From an uncultured virus (IMG/VR IMGVR_UViG_3300049783_001162) (taxonomy: Duplodnaviria > Heunggongvirae > Uroviricota > Caudoviricetes), in the IMG/VR virus record IMGVR_UViG_3300049783_001162: a stretch of 64,000 nucleotides of DNA. One strand, given 5' to 3'. The position numbers were made by a program, and so were the translations under genes. This document shows positions 1-8,982 of the stretch, piece after piece; within the stretch, counting starts at the first letter, position 1; each line of letters starts with the position of its first letter. The notes under the pieces are model-generated. The model was given only the letters and a program-made list of their open reading frames with translations, was not told the origin of the DNA and ran no database searches.

Positions 1-136
1 TGAAAGCAGCTCGTCTTTGACCAGTGCAGGTGAAATGTTGTCAAAGTTGTATGATAATCAAATCAGTCAAGCTGCTGAAAGCAGCTCGTCTTTGACCAGT
101 GCAAGTGACATGTTGTCAAAGTTGTATGGCAATCAA
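1..136 (+). repeat. 75-bp in-frame tandem repeat (at least 2 copies, probably continuing upstream)
   Basis: tgaaagcagctcgtctttgaccagtgca..atgttgtcaaagttgtatg starts at 1 and again at 76; encodes ESSSSLTSAxxMLSKLYxNQ. Confidence 0.9.
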
Positions 137-505
137 TCTAATAGACTACTTGAATCGGTTGAAAATGTTACAAACGGTTTCCAGAGTTTCAGCAGAGGAA
201 CGCCGGGAATGTTGCACAACACAGAGGCAGTAGCGGCGCGCGACACTGATACAAAAAAAATGTTAGAACAGTTTCTTGACAGTCAAAAAAGAACATCGGA
301 ATTAGATAATTCTGATGATCAAAAAAGAACATCATTGTCAGCGTTATCAGATAACCAGACGGGCGTGATTGACAAGCTAAATGAAGTAAATAGTAACATA
401 ATAAGACTACTGACAGCCACACAACAAGGTGTTAACGTTCAGGAAAGAACAAGAAAAAGCGTGCGCGGACTTGGATCAGATATGTTCAAGGGCGCAGGAT
501 TATAA
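2..505 (+). CDS. 3' end of a long gene truncated by the window edge (possibly tape-measure-like or other virion protein)
   Basis: Frame is open from base 2 to the stop at 505; helical Ser/Gln-rich sequence with a 25-aa repeat; lies directly upstream of the portal gene. Confidence 0.5.
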   Translation, partial: ESSSSLTSAGEMLSKLYDNQISQAAESSSSLTSASDMLSKLYGNQSNRLLESVENVTNGFQSFSRGTPGMLHNTEAVAARDTDTKKMLEQFLDSQKRTSELDNSDDQKRTSLSALSDNQTGVIDKLNEVNSNIIRLLTATQQGVNVQERTRKSVRGLGSDMFKGAGL

Positions 506-526
506 TAAAAAGTAAGGTAACATAAT

Positions 527-2266
527 ATGTCGTGGAAAAAATATTTCACCCCAGTTCCAACAAGCACAAACCAAAGCGGCAGTTATAGCCCGTTTAGCTT
601 TTCAAAAGGACAAGGGCTCGGCCCAGCAGCATCCAACTATAGCTCACATCTTCCAGATGTGTATGTTGGAAATCCAAACAGGGTCGAACGCTACGGCCAG
701 TATAACACTATGGACAGCGATTCAGAAATCAATGCTGCCTTGGACATTCTTGCTGAATTTTGTACTCAAAAGAACAAAGAAAATAATACACCGTTTAAGA
801 TTGCATACAACGGTTCGCCAACCAACAGCGAAGTTCAAATTCTAAGTCAATACCTGCATCGTTGGGCCAAGCTACAAGAGTTTGAAACTCGTATGTTTAA
901 AATTATTAGAAACATTTTCAAGTACGGCGACCAATTTTTCATCAGAGATCCAGAAACTAAAAAGTGGTTCCATGTTGATACTGCTAGTTTAACTAAAATA
1001 ATTGTAAACGAAAGTGAAGGTAAGCGCCCAGAACAATATATAGTCAAGGATATAAATATATCATTTGAAAGCTTGTCAGCAACAAAACTTAATACCACTA
1101 ATGCGTATGGACCATCGGGCGCAGGCGGAATGGGAGGCCCAGCAGGCGGATCCGGCGGAGGTGCACCAGGCAGCACTCCTGATTCAAATACCAGTCGCTT
1201 TTCAAACGAATCCAACGAAACAGCAGTTGATGCAGAACATGTAATACACATGTCACTCAGTGAAGGCATGGACCAAAACTATCCGTTTGGCAACAGTTTG
1301 CTGGAAAGTATTTTTAAGGTTTACAAGCAAAAAGAATTACTAGAAGATGCAATCATCATCTACCGCGTTCAGCGTGCGCCAGAGCGCAGAGTATTTTATG
1401 TAGACGTTGGCAACATGCCAAGTCACCTTGCTATGCAGTTTGTGGAAAGAGTAAAAACAGAAATTCACCAAAGAAGAATTCCATCAAAGACAGGCGGAGG
1501 CCAAACTGTCATAGACAGCAGCTACAATCCGTTATCGATCAATGAAGACTACTTCTTTCCACAAACTGCTGAAGGCAGAGGATCAAAAGTTGAAACACTA
1601 CCAGGCGGTACAAACCTTGGTGAAATTGACGATTTAAGATACTTTACTAACAAGTTGTTACGTGGTCTGCGTATTCCTAGTTCGTATCTTCCAACTGGTG
1701 CCGACGACAGTGCAAGCCAATTCAATGACGGCCGTGTCGGTACTGCTTATATTCAAGAGCTGCGTTTTAACAACTATTGCGAGAGATTACAAAGCCTAAT
1801 TGCTGAAGTATTCAACAAAGAATTTAAGTTGTATCTCAATCAAAAAGGCATCAACATTGATGTTGCAATGTTTGATTTAAAATTACAGCCACCACAAAAC
1901 TTTGCAAGTTATCGTCAAGCAGAACTTGACAGCAACAGAATTTCAACATTCACATCCATGCAAGCTGTTCCGTTTATTTCCAACCGTTTTGCATTAGAAA
2001 GATTTCTTGGATTGTCTAAGGAAGAAATTGCCACAAACGAAAGACTGTGGAGAGAAGAGAATGAGGACGAGTTTGAAACTGGAGAGCAAGATTCGAGCGC
2101 TCAGATGAGAGATGCAGGAATCACCGGCGCCGACATTAGCACAGACATGGGTATGGCAGATGGGCCAGACTCTGATATAGAGTTAGACGATACAACTGGT
2201 GATACAAGTGCAGTTGGTGGACCAACTGCAGGTGCGCAAGGCGGCGATGCGCCGTTCGGGTCATAA
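527..2266 (+). CDS. gp20: Portal vertex protein (T4 gp20-like)
   Basis: Motifs LLEDAIIIYRVQRAPERRVFYVDVGNMP, EDYFFP, ETLPGG, YF..KL.R.LRIP.S; acidic tail. Confidence 0.95.
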   Translation: MSWKKYFTPVPTSTNQSGSYSPFSFSKGQGLGPAASNYSSHLPDVYVGNPNRVERYGQYNTMDSDSEINAALDILAEFCTQKNKENNTPFKIAYNGSPTNSEVQILSQYLHRWAKLQEFETRMFKIIRNIFKYGDQFFIRDPETKKWFHVDTASLTKIIVNESEGKRPEQYIVKDINISFESLSATKLNTTNAYGPSGAGGMGGPAGGSGGGAPGSTPDSNTSRFSNESNETAVDAEHVIHMSLSEGMDQNYPFGNSLLESIFKVYKQKELLEDAIIIYRVQRAPERRVFYVDVGNMPSHLAMQFVERVKTEIHQRRIPSKTGGGQTVIDSSYNPLSINEDYFFPQTAEGRGSKVETLPGGTNLGEIDDLRYFTNKLLRGLRIPSSYLPTGADDSASQFNDGRVGTAYIQELRFNNYCERLQSLIAEVFNKEFKLYLNQKGINIDVAMFDLKLQPPQNFASYRQAELDSNRISTFTSMQAVPFISNRFALERFLGLSKEEIATNERLWREENEDEFETGEQDSSAQMRDAGITGADISTDMGMADGPDSDIELDDTTGDTSAVGGPTAGAQGGDAPFGS

Positions 2267-2274
2267 ATAATAGT

Positions 2275-2526
2275 ATGATAATACGTGAATTATATTACTT
2301 TGATAAAGAGACAATGGAACCTGTTGACGACGAACGTTATGATGCAGGCGAAGACGATTCTATTGTCGACATTGACGATACGCGCAAGACAAGACTTACG
2401 CTGAAAGACATCAACAAAGCAAGACGTGCTGACGATATGCACAGAAAAGAAGCCAACAAAGATTTGGTTCATGTTAAAGCAATGTACGGTATTGCTGCAC
2501 AGATGCAAGAGCAGCCACCATTGTAA
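2275..2526 (+). CDS. Small prohead-associated hypothetical protein
   Basis: 83 aa, right after portal, preceded by TAAATA at 2264-2269. Confidence 0.7.
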   Translation: MIIRELYYFDKETMEPVDDERYDAGEDDSIVDIDDTRKTRLTLKDINKARRADDMHRKEANKDLVHVKAMYGIAAQMQEQPPL

Positions 2527-2536
2527 GGAGATTCTT

Positions 2537-3253
2537 TTGACAAAAGATTTTTTACCAAACGAAACAAAGCAACAGCGCAAAGATAGAAAGCGCGCCGAAA
2601 AAACGTCAATCCGTGAACAACATTTAATTGTTGATAATCCAATTCCGGCCACTACAGATACCAATGTTGCATTTGTGCTAGGCAACGGGGTTAGTCGCCA
2701 AAGTATCAATCCTGCAGACCTTGCACTTCACGGAATTACATACGGATGTAACGCATTGTATAGAGAATTTTCGCCCGACTACTTGGTTGCAGTTGATACT
2801 AAAATGATTAGAGAAATTACAACTGCTGGATACCATAAACTACATTCGGTGTGGACTAATACAAATAAATATTCAAAAGAGATCAGTGGATTAAATTTGT
2901 TTAATCCTTCACAAGGTTGGAGCAGCGGTCCTAGCGCATTAAATTTAGCAAGTACACATGAAAATAAAACAATTTATATTTTAGGATTTGATTATGCAGG
3001 TATTGGAAACAAAAATGAGTTGGTAAACAATATATATTCGGGTTCTGTTAACTATAAAAAAGTAAATGATAGAGCAACATACTTTGGAAATTGGCAAAAA
3101 CAAACAACAACCTGCATTAAGCAAAATACAAAAATTAAATACATACGTGTAATTGCAACAGCAACCTCATTTATACCAGACACATTAATAGGAATATCTA
3201 ATTTAACCCATATAACAGTTGAAAACTTTAAGAAGAAATTTCAACTTGTATAA
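2537..3253 (+). CDS. Maf/MptE-like (DUF115; sialyltransferase-like fold) putative sugar transferase
   Basis: AFVLGNGVS, YGCNALY, PDYLVAVD, SSGPSALNLA, IYILGFD motifs; start re-called to TTG 2537 behind SD AAGGAG (2525-2530). Confidence 0.6.
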   Translation: MTKDFLPNETKQQRKDRKRAEKTSIREQHLIVDNPIPATTDTNVAFVLGNGVSRQSINPADLALHGITYGCNALYREFSPDYLVAVDTKMIREITTAGYHKLHSVWTNTNKYSKEISGLNLFNPSQGWSSGPSALNLASTHENKTIYILGFDYAGIGNKNELVNNIYSGSVNYKKVNDRATYFGNWQKQTTTCIKQNTKIKYIRVIATATSFIPDTLIGISNLTHITVENFKKKFQLV

Positions 3254-3266
3254 GGTAAATAAACGA

Positions 3267-3302
3267 ATGGGCTCGTTTGAGCCCGTTTCAGCATACTTTT
3301 TT
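3267..3302 (+). terminator. Probable intrinsic terminator or hairpin
   Basis: Stem-loop atgggctc-gttt-gagcccgt with a T-run shortly downstream. Confidence 0.5.
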
Positions 3303-3351
3303 CGATTGTATGTAAATACAATTGACAGCCTTGGACATACAGGAGAACAAC

Positions 3352-4485
3352 ATGACTGAACGTAGCAAATTTGAACAAATGGTCGAGCGTCTTATTAACG
3401 AAGACAAAGCCGGCGCCGAAGAATTATTTCACGAAATCGTAGTAGAGAAATCAAGAGCAATTTACCAAAATATCATCGAGTCCGAAGACGACGAAGATCT
3501 AGATGAAGAAGAAGAAGACGACCTTGACGAAGATGAAGACGACAACCGTCGTGCATTTGACAAGGCCGACAGTGAACCTAAGAAAAAAGTAACACTTAAA
3601 AAAGCGCCTTGGGACAAAGAAACCAACGAAGCTGAAGATGACGATGACGATGAAGACGAAGTATCTGAATCAAGCGACAACGACGACGAAGACCTTGACG
3701 AAATGTTTGGTCTAAACAACATGGCAGAGGAAGATCCATCAATGATGGGTGGTGACGCCACTGATGACATGATGGGCGACATTAGCGCAGACGATGACGA
3801 CAGCGAAATGGATCCAATGGACGGCATGGACGACATGAACGACGAAGGCAGCGACGACGCAATGGATGTCATTGACGACATGGGAGATGCACTAGAAAAG
3901 CTAAGAGCTGAATTTCAAAACATGATTGATGGCACTAGCGACGACGACGAATCAAATGCATACAGCGATGATGAAGGCGACGAAGAAGAAGAAGAAGGCG
4001 ACGAAGAAGAAGGCGACGAAGAAGACGATAATCCTTTTGATGACAAAGAAGAAGAATCGTTTGCTTATGAATCAACAAATTCAGAATCACCAAGAGGTCC
4101 TAAGAGCGCAGGCGAGCAAATGCGTGAATACGTTGAAAAAGTTCAAGGCGGCGACTTAGGTTCCAAGATTGGCGGCGACAATGGCACAAACACAAAGTCA
4201 ACTGTTGCTACAAAGAATGATATGGGCGGAACAACTGCAAACGTACTACGTACAGACACAGAAACACCAACTGAAGCAAACAAAGGTCACCTAAAAGGCC
4301 AGAGTGTATTCAAAGGTAACCCAAAAACAGATAACGCAGGGAATATAAACGTTCCAGGCGGGAAGGCTGGTAAATCTTCCTTTAAGAAGACTGAACCAGG
4401 TCATGGCGCCGAAAAGAAAGGCAAGCCAGAAACTGCCGACAAGGGTGCAGGTAGTACAATCAAAACTACTGTGCGCTCGAAGTAA
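3352..4485 (+). CDS. Highly acidic prohead core / internal head protein
   Basis: D/E-rich low complexity with basic C-terminus; between portal and protease; ATG 3352 behind AGGAGA. Confidence 0.7.
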   Translation: MTERSKFEQMVERLINEDKAGAEELFHEIVVEKSRAIYQNIIESEDDEDLDEEEEDDLDEDEDDNRRAFDKADSEPKKKVTLKKAPWDKETNEAEDDDDDEDEVSESSDNDDEDLDEMFGLNNMAEEDPSMMGGDATDDMMGDISADDDDSEMDPMDGMDDMNDEGSDDAMDVIDDMGDALEKLRAEFQNMIDGTSDDDESNAYSDDEGDEEEEEGDEEEGDEEDDNPFDDKEEESFAYESTNSESPRGPKSAGEQMREYVEKVQGGDLGSKIGGDNGTNTKSTVATKNDMGGTTANVLRTDTETPTEANKGHLKGQSVFKGNPKTDNAGNINVPGGKAGKSSFKKTEPGHGAEKKGKPETADKGAGSTIKTTVRSK

Positions 4486-4507
4486 GGCAAGAAGGTAAGG
4501 ACAACAG

Positions 4508-5131
4508 ATGAATTTCTTAACAGAGAGTCTTAGTTTCGACCAAGCTAAAATAGTAGTTGAGTCTACTGGAGATGGCAAATCCCTTCACATGAAGGGTATT
4601 GTCATCCAAGGTGGAATACGTAACGCAAATCAACGTGTGTATCCCGTAAATGAAATTGGCAGGGCTGTCAGAACTCTTAACGACCAAGTTAGCGGAGGAT
4701 ACTCAGTTCTCGGTGAAGTAGACCATCCAGAAGGCCTTAATATCAACCTAGACCGTGTAAGTCATATGATCACAGAAATGTGGATGGATGGCCCAAACGG
4801 TTATGGTAAACTAAAGATACTTCCTACACCGATGGGACAAATAGTTCAAATAATGCTTGAATCAAGTGTTAAACTAGGCGTCTCATCGCGTGGAAGTGGT
4901 AACGTCAAAGAAGACGGCTCCGGCGAAGTATCAGAATTTGAAATTATTACTGTTGATGTAGTGGCACAACCAAGTGCTCCGGGTGCATACCCAACACCAA
5001 TTTATGAGCACCTCATGAACGAACGAGGCGGTTATAAAGCATTTATGCGAAGTAAAGAAGTAACAGGCAACCCACAGGCACAAAAATACATTGCAGAGAG
5101 TCTATTGAACATAATAGACAGACTCAATTAA
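4508..5131 (+). CDS. gp21: Prohead protease (T4 gp21-like)
   Basis: NANQRVYP, GEVDHP, LGVSSRGSG, DVVAQPSAPGAY catalytic motifs. Confidence 0.95.
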   Translation: MNFLTESLSFDQAKIVVESTGDGKSLHMKGIVIQGGIRNANQRVYPVNEIGRAVRTLNDQVSGGYSVLGEVDHPEGLNINLDRVSHMITEMWMDGPNGYGKLKILPTPMGQIVQIMLESSVKLGVSSRGSGNVKEDGSGEVSEFEIITVDVVAQPSAPGAYPTPIYEHLMNERGGYKAFMRSKEVTGNPQAQKYIAESLLNIIDRLN

Positions 5132-5143
5132 AAGGAGAAAATA

Positions 5144-6232
5144 ATGGAAGCACTAAAAGCCCTTTTAGAGAGTGACGCGATATCTGAGCAAATGAAATCA
5201 GAGATTCAAGAAGCCTGGGACGTTAAGGTTGTAGAAAACCGCAAACAGGTAACATCGGAACTTCGTGAAGAATTCGCTAAGAAATATGAGCATGATAAAA
5301 GTGCTATGATCGAAGCAATCGATACTGTTGTAAGCGAAAAGCTTACAGAGGAAATGGTAGAATTCAATGAAGACCGTAAACAGCTAGCTGAAGCTAAAGC
5401 AAAGTATGCAATTAAAATGCGTGAAGACGCAAAATTAATGAAGAACTTTGTAATGGAACAACTTGCTGGTGAAATTTCTGAACTACACAGCGATCAAAAG
5501 ACAACAGCAACTAAGTTTGCTGTACTTGAAGATTTTGTTGTAGAACAACTTGCAAAAGAACTTGCTGAATTCCAGGAAGACAAAAATGACCTTGCAGAAA
5601 CTAAAGTACGTCTCGTAAGAGAATCAAAATCGCACTTTGCTAAAGTTAAGCAAGACTTCATTAAGAGAAGCGTAACTGCATTATCTGAAACAGTTGAAAA
5701 GGGACTACGTTCCGAAATTCTTCAACTCAAAGAAGATATTGAAGTTGCACGCATGAACGACTTCGGTCGTAAAATATTTGAGGCGTTTGCTGGTGAATAT
5801 CTGAACAGTCACTTAAATGAGAAGTCAGAAACCAAGAAACTACTAAAAGTACTTGATGCAAAAGACAAACAGCTTGCAGAAGCTAAAGCCTTTGCCGTTA
5901 AAGCAAAGCACTTAGCAGAATCAAAGAATAACGAAGTCAAGCACCTAGTTGAATCTAGAGACAGAGCAAAAGTACTAAACGACCTCACTGGTCCCCTAAG
6001 TAAGGGACAGAAGGCAATAATGAATGACTTGTTAGAGTCGGTACAAACAAACAGACTGCAAAGTTCGTTTAACAAGTATCTTCCATCAGTAATTGACGGT
6101 AATACTCAAACAAGAAAAAAGGCAACCCTTAAAGAAGGCAAAGAAATCACAGGCAATCGTAAACAAGAACACATGACATCGACAGCAGACACAAATGTAT
6201 TAGACATGCGTCGTCTTGCAGGATTGAAATAA
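5144..6232 (+). CDS. gp22: Prohead scaffolding/core protein (T4 gp22-like)
   Basis: Long coiled coil between protease and major capsid genes. Confidence 0.8.
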   Translation: MEALKALLESDAISEQMKSEIQEAWDVKVVENRKQVTSELREEFAKKYEHDKSAMIEAIDTVVSEKLTEEMVEFNEDRKQLAEAKAKYAIKMREDAKLMKNFVMEQLAGEISELHSDQKTTATKFAVLEDFVVEQLAKELAEFQEDKNDLAETKVRLVRESKSHFAKVKQDFIKRSVTALSETVEKGLRSEILQLKEDIEVARMNDFGRKIFEAFAGEYLNSHLNEKSETKKLLKVLDAKDKQLAEAKAFAVKAKHLAESKNNEVKHLVESRDRAKVLNDLTGPLSKGQKAIMNDLLESVQTNRLQSSFNKYLPSVIDGNTQTRKKATLKEGKEITGNRKQEHMTSTADTNVLDMRRLAGLK

Positions 6233-6244
6233 GGAGAATCAAAA

Positions 6245-7426
6245 ATGTCAGAACTATTAGAAAGTAGATGGCAGGAGACCAAGGGTGCCCTTCTTGAAGG
6301 CCTTGCAGGCAACAAAAAAGCAGTGATGAATGTTACACTGGAAAATACCCGTAGGTATCTTTCGGAAAGTGCAACTGCTGGAGCCACTTCTGCTGGTAAT
6401 ATCGCAACACTACACCGTGTAATCCTTCCAGTGATTAGACGTGTTATGCCTACTGTTATTGCAAACGAACTTGTTGGTGTACAGCCGATGCAAGGTCCAG
6501 TATCACAGATCCACACTCTACGTGTACGTTACAGTGACAACTTCACTGACGCCACTGGTGGAAACGTAACAGCTGGTGAAGAAGCACTAAGTCCATTCAA
6601 AATTGCTGAAGGTTACTCCGGTAACGTCGGCACTGGCAACGGACGCCCAGCAAATACTTCATCGCTTGAAGGCGTTGCAGGTAATAAGATGTCTATCCAG
6701 ATTCTCAAGCAGACTGTTGAAGCTAAATCACGTAAGCTATCAGCACGTTGGACTTTCGAAGCTGCACAAGACGCACAAGCAATGCATGGCATTGATGTAG
6801 AAGCAGAAATAATGGCTGCTCTTGCACAAGAAATTACTGCTGAAATCGACCAAGAAGTACTACGTAGCCTTCGCTCACTAGCGGGATCTGCTGTAGAAAC
6901 TTACGACCAAGCAGCAGTATCTGGTACTGCTACTTTCGTTGGTGACGAGCACGCTGCACTAGCTGTTCAGATCAACAGAGTATCAAACCTAATTGCTCAG
7001 CGTACACGTCGCGGTGCAGGTAACTGGGCAGTGGTTTCACCAACTGTTCTTACACTTCTACAGTCAGCAACTACTTCGGCATTTGCTCGTACTACTGAAG
7101 GCACATTTGAAGCACCAACTAACACTAAAATGGTTGGTACTATCAATAACGCAATGAAGGTATATGTTAACACATATGCAACTTCAGATGATGTGATCAT
7201 TGGTTACAAAGGAACAAGTGAATCAGATGCAGCGGCTTTCTATTGCCCATACATCCCACTTATGAGCTCCGGCGTTGTTCTTGATCCACAAACATTCGAG
7301 CCAGTAGTTAGCTTCATGACACGTTATGGTTATGTTGAACTAACAAACACTGCGTCATCACTTGGTAACGCAGCAGACTACTTGGGTGTTGTTGGAGTTA
7401 CAACTGGTAACCTTAGCTTTAGCTAA
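6245..7426 (+). CDS. gp23: Major capsid protein (T4 gp23-like)
   Basis: LVGVQPMQGP, VEAKSRKLSARWTFEAAQD, EITAEIDQE, FYCPYIPL, FMTRYG motifs. Confidence 0.97.
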   Translation: MSELLESRWQETKGALLEGLAGNKKAVMNVTLENTRRYLSESATAGATSAGNIATLHRVILPVIRRVMPTVIANELVGVQPMQGPVSQIHTLRVRYSDNFTDATGGNVTAGEEALSPFKIAEGYSGNVGTGNGRPANTSSLEGVAGNKMSIQILKQTVEAKSRKLSARWTFEAAQDAQAMHGIDVEAEIMAALAQEITAEIDQEVLRSLRSLAGSAVETYDQAAVSGTATFVGDEHAALAVQINRVSNLIAQRTRRGAGNWAVVSPTVLTLLQSATTSAFARTTEGTFEAPTNTKMVGTINNAMKVYVNTYATSDDVIIGYKGTSESDAAAFYCPYIPLMSSGVVLDPQTFEPVVSFMTRYGYVELTNTASSLGNAADYLGVVGVTTGNLSFS

Positions 7427-7450
7427 ATTTAACCACAAGAAAATAAGATT

Positions 7451-7474
7451 AGGCCCTACGGGGCCTTTTCTTTT
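7451..7474 (+). terminator. Intrinsic terminator after major capsid gene
   Basis: aggccc-TACG-gggcct (UNCG loop) followed by tttctttt. Confidence 0.9.
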
Positions 7475-7506
7475 GGCAAAAAACTATACAACGCTGTAAA
7501 TAGAGG

Positions 7507-7535
7507 TTGACCTCTGCTGTATGTAATGCTATATT
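7507..7535 (+). promoter_or_regulatory. Sigma70-type promoter with extended -10
   Basis: TTGACC-17 bp-TATATT, with TG two bases upstream of the -10. Confidence 0.75.
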
Positions 7536-7577
7536 AAGTACAACACAACAAACAACAGCACATAGGAACATAGGCAC

Positions 7578-8156
7578 ATGAAAATTACACTACGCAAGGC
7601 AAACGCTGTACAAGCAGCAATTAATGAAGCAGTTACTTCTTTGGATCTTACCACTGATGTCAGTGTTAATGAGTTCCAGAAGCCATTGGCAGTAATGGCT
7701 TCCGCAAGAGACACGTTTTCTGCAAACCTACACACGCGCACCAACTTGCTGAACGCATTGTATGGTATTCGTCGTGACGTTGCTCGTGCAAATGCCACAG
7801 CAGGCGTTAATGACACGCTTACAAAGGTCGCGCATCTTGAAAAAGAAATTGGACATATGACTAGGCTGTCAAAGTTGAAGCCACAAGTTGAAATTTCTGT
7901 AATCCGTGGCAAGCTTGGTAAGATTAAAGCTAGAGATTCTAGCGCAAGTGATTCATACCGCTTTGGAGAAACCGACGATTTGGTCAAAACATCAATTTTT
8001 AAACGAAACGAAATTGAAGATTTCCGTAAGCAGGTCGTTGACATGAAAAAGAGAAAGTTGCTGCTACAAGACGCACTTCTTGAATTAAATGTGAAGACCG
8101 AAATTGAAATCGACACAGACAGCCTGCCAGTGCTCACAGAAGCTGGTATCCTGTAA
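7578..8156 (+). CDS. Coiled-coil hypothetical protein, possibly a remote DIP1984/DUF6847-like family member
   Basis: 192 aa helical ORF with its own promoter; MKITLRKA ... IRRDVARANAT ... LQDALLELNVKTEIEI layout recalls the DIP1984 family (recognised from memory, not searched). Confidence 0.6.
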   Translation: MKITLRKANAVQAAINEAVTSLDLTTDVSVNEFQKPLAVMASARDTFSANLHTRTNLLNALYGIRRDVARANATAGVNDTLTKVAHLEKEIGHMTRLSKLKPQVEISVIRGKLGKIKARDSSASDSYRFGETDDLVKTSIFKRNEIEDFRKQVVDMKKRKLLLQDALLELNVKTEIEIDTDSLPVLTEAGIL

Positions 8157-8163
8157 ACAGTTT

Positions 8164-8448
8164 GGTAATTATGCGGTGAAAACTGTAAATTACCCAGAGG
8201 AGAAAGAGAAAAAGAAATCGACTTCCGTTTGAGATCACTAAGTGATCATAAACATATGTTCAATGATTTATTCATTTTAGCAAATCTTGACCCAGTTACT
8301 TATTAGCCTTGATTGTGCCTGCACATTGTTAACTGGAAATATGATTCTTATGCATTTTGCTTTTTGAATTTTGCCGCTGGCCACGCCGTTAATGGGATAC
8401 GCCTGTATGCACTTTGTCTTAGTCAATTTTTATACTTTTTCTTCTCTG
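8164..8448 (+). ncRNA. Candidate structured ncRNA / long structured 3' UTR
   Basis: No ORF; GAAA-tetraloop hairpin 8164-8194; 14-bp long-range stem 8195-8208/8435-8448 with G-U pairs; internal stems; repeated 9-mer. Confidence 0.7.
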
Positions 8449-8455
8449 TTCTATT

Positions 8456-8485
8456 AAAGACTAGTCTCCGGACTAGTCTTTTCTC
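8456..8485 (+). terminator. Intrinsic terminator
   Basis: aaagactagtc-TCCG-gactagtcttt followed by T-rich sequence. Confidence 0.9.
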
Positions 8486-8510
8486 TTGACGACCCTATCT
8501 GTTCTTTTGA

Positions 8511-8590
8511 TAAATATAAGTGTCTAGAACTGTGCAAACAGACTTATGCGGAGACCCTCCGCGTAGACCTAGAACGTCAACATAGGAGAA
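8511..8590 (+). promoter_or_regulatory. Late-type promoter plus structured 5' leader
   Basis: TAAATA at 8511-8516; ctgt-GCAA-acag and ttatgcggag-acc-ctccgcgtag hairpins enclosed by tctag/ctaga; SD AGGAGA. Confidence 0.6.
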
Positions 8591-8594
8591 ACAA

Positions 8595-8969
8595 ATGGGA
8601 CGTCCAATTAATAAAAGATACCTCGGTACCACAGGCGGAACCGAAGACGGCACAATGCCAGCAACAGTTAAAGTAGGTGCAAACGCTGTTTCAGTTAATG
8701 GAATAATAATTTCACAAAGATCAGAAACTAAATTTCAAGTCAACGACGCAGCAGACGGATCGGGTAATGCCGGGTCTTGCGTTCTAGTCGACAAAGATGT
8801 GCCAGATGCTGGCGAAATGGTTGTTAAGGGATATGTCACTGGTACAGGCGACGGTGTTAACATTCGTAAGTTTCACAACAGAACAGTAGTTGACTTTGAT
8901 AATGTTCATTACACCTGGACAGTACAAGATGATTCAACATCTAACATTTTAGTGTTAACTGCAATATAA
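8595..8969 (+). CDS. Putative virion structural protein
   Basis: 124 aa, beta-rich, strong SD, late promoter upstream. Confidence 0.6.
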   Translation: MGRPINKRYLGTTGGTEDGTMPATVKVGANAVSVNGIIISQRSETKFQVNDAADGSGNAGSCVLVDKDVPDAGEMVVKGYVTGTGDGVNIRKFHNRTVVDFDNVHYTWTVQDDSTSNILVLTAI

Positions 8970-8982
8970 TAGGTGATACGAG

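Noticed and set aside
1..136. Repeat as a CRISPR array
   Set aside because: Units are contiguous, in frame and coding, with no unique spacers and no cas genes.
2426..2536. N-terminal extension of ORF 2426..3253
   Set aside because: Overlaps the upstream gene by 100 nt; TTG 2537 has a proper SD.
3462..3881. Ser-rich antisense ORF, and the many other short opposite-strand or nested ORFs in the track
   Set aside because: They are shadows of biased codon usage in well-supported genes and lack initiation signals or recognisable motifs.
3480..4070. GAA/GAC microsatellite-like repeats as a separate element
   Set aside because: Explained by the Asp/Glu-rich protein they encode.
8157..8455. tRNA, tmRNA, intron or retron msr-msd in the long gap
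   Set aside because: No cloverleaf or T-loop, no interrupted gene, no recognisable intron core and no reverse transcriptase nearby; kept as an unclassified ncRNA candidate.
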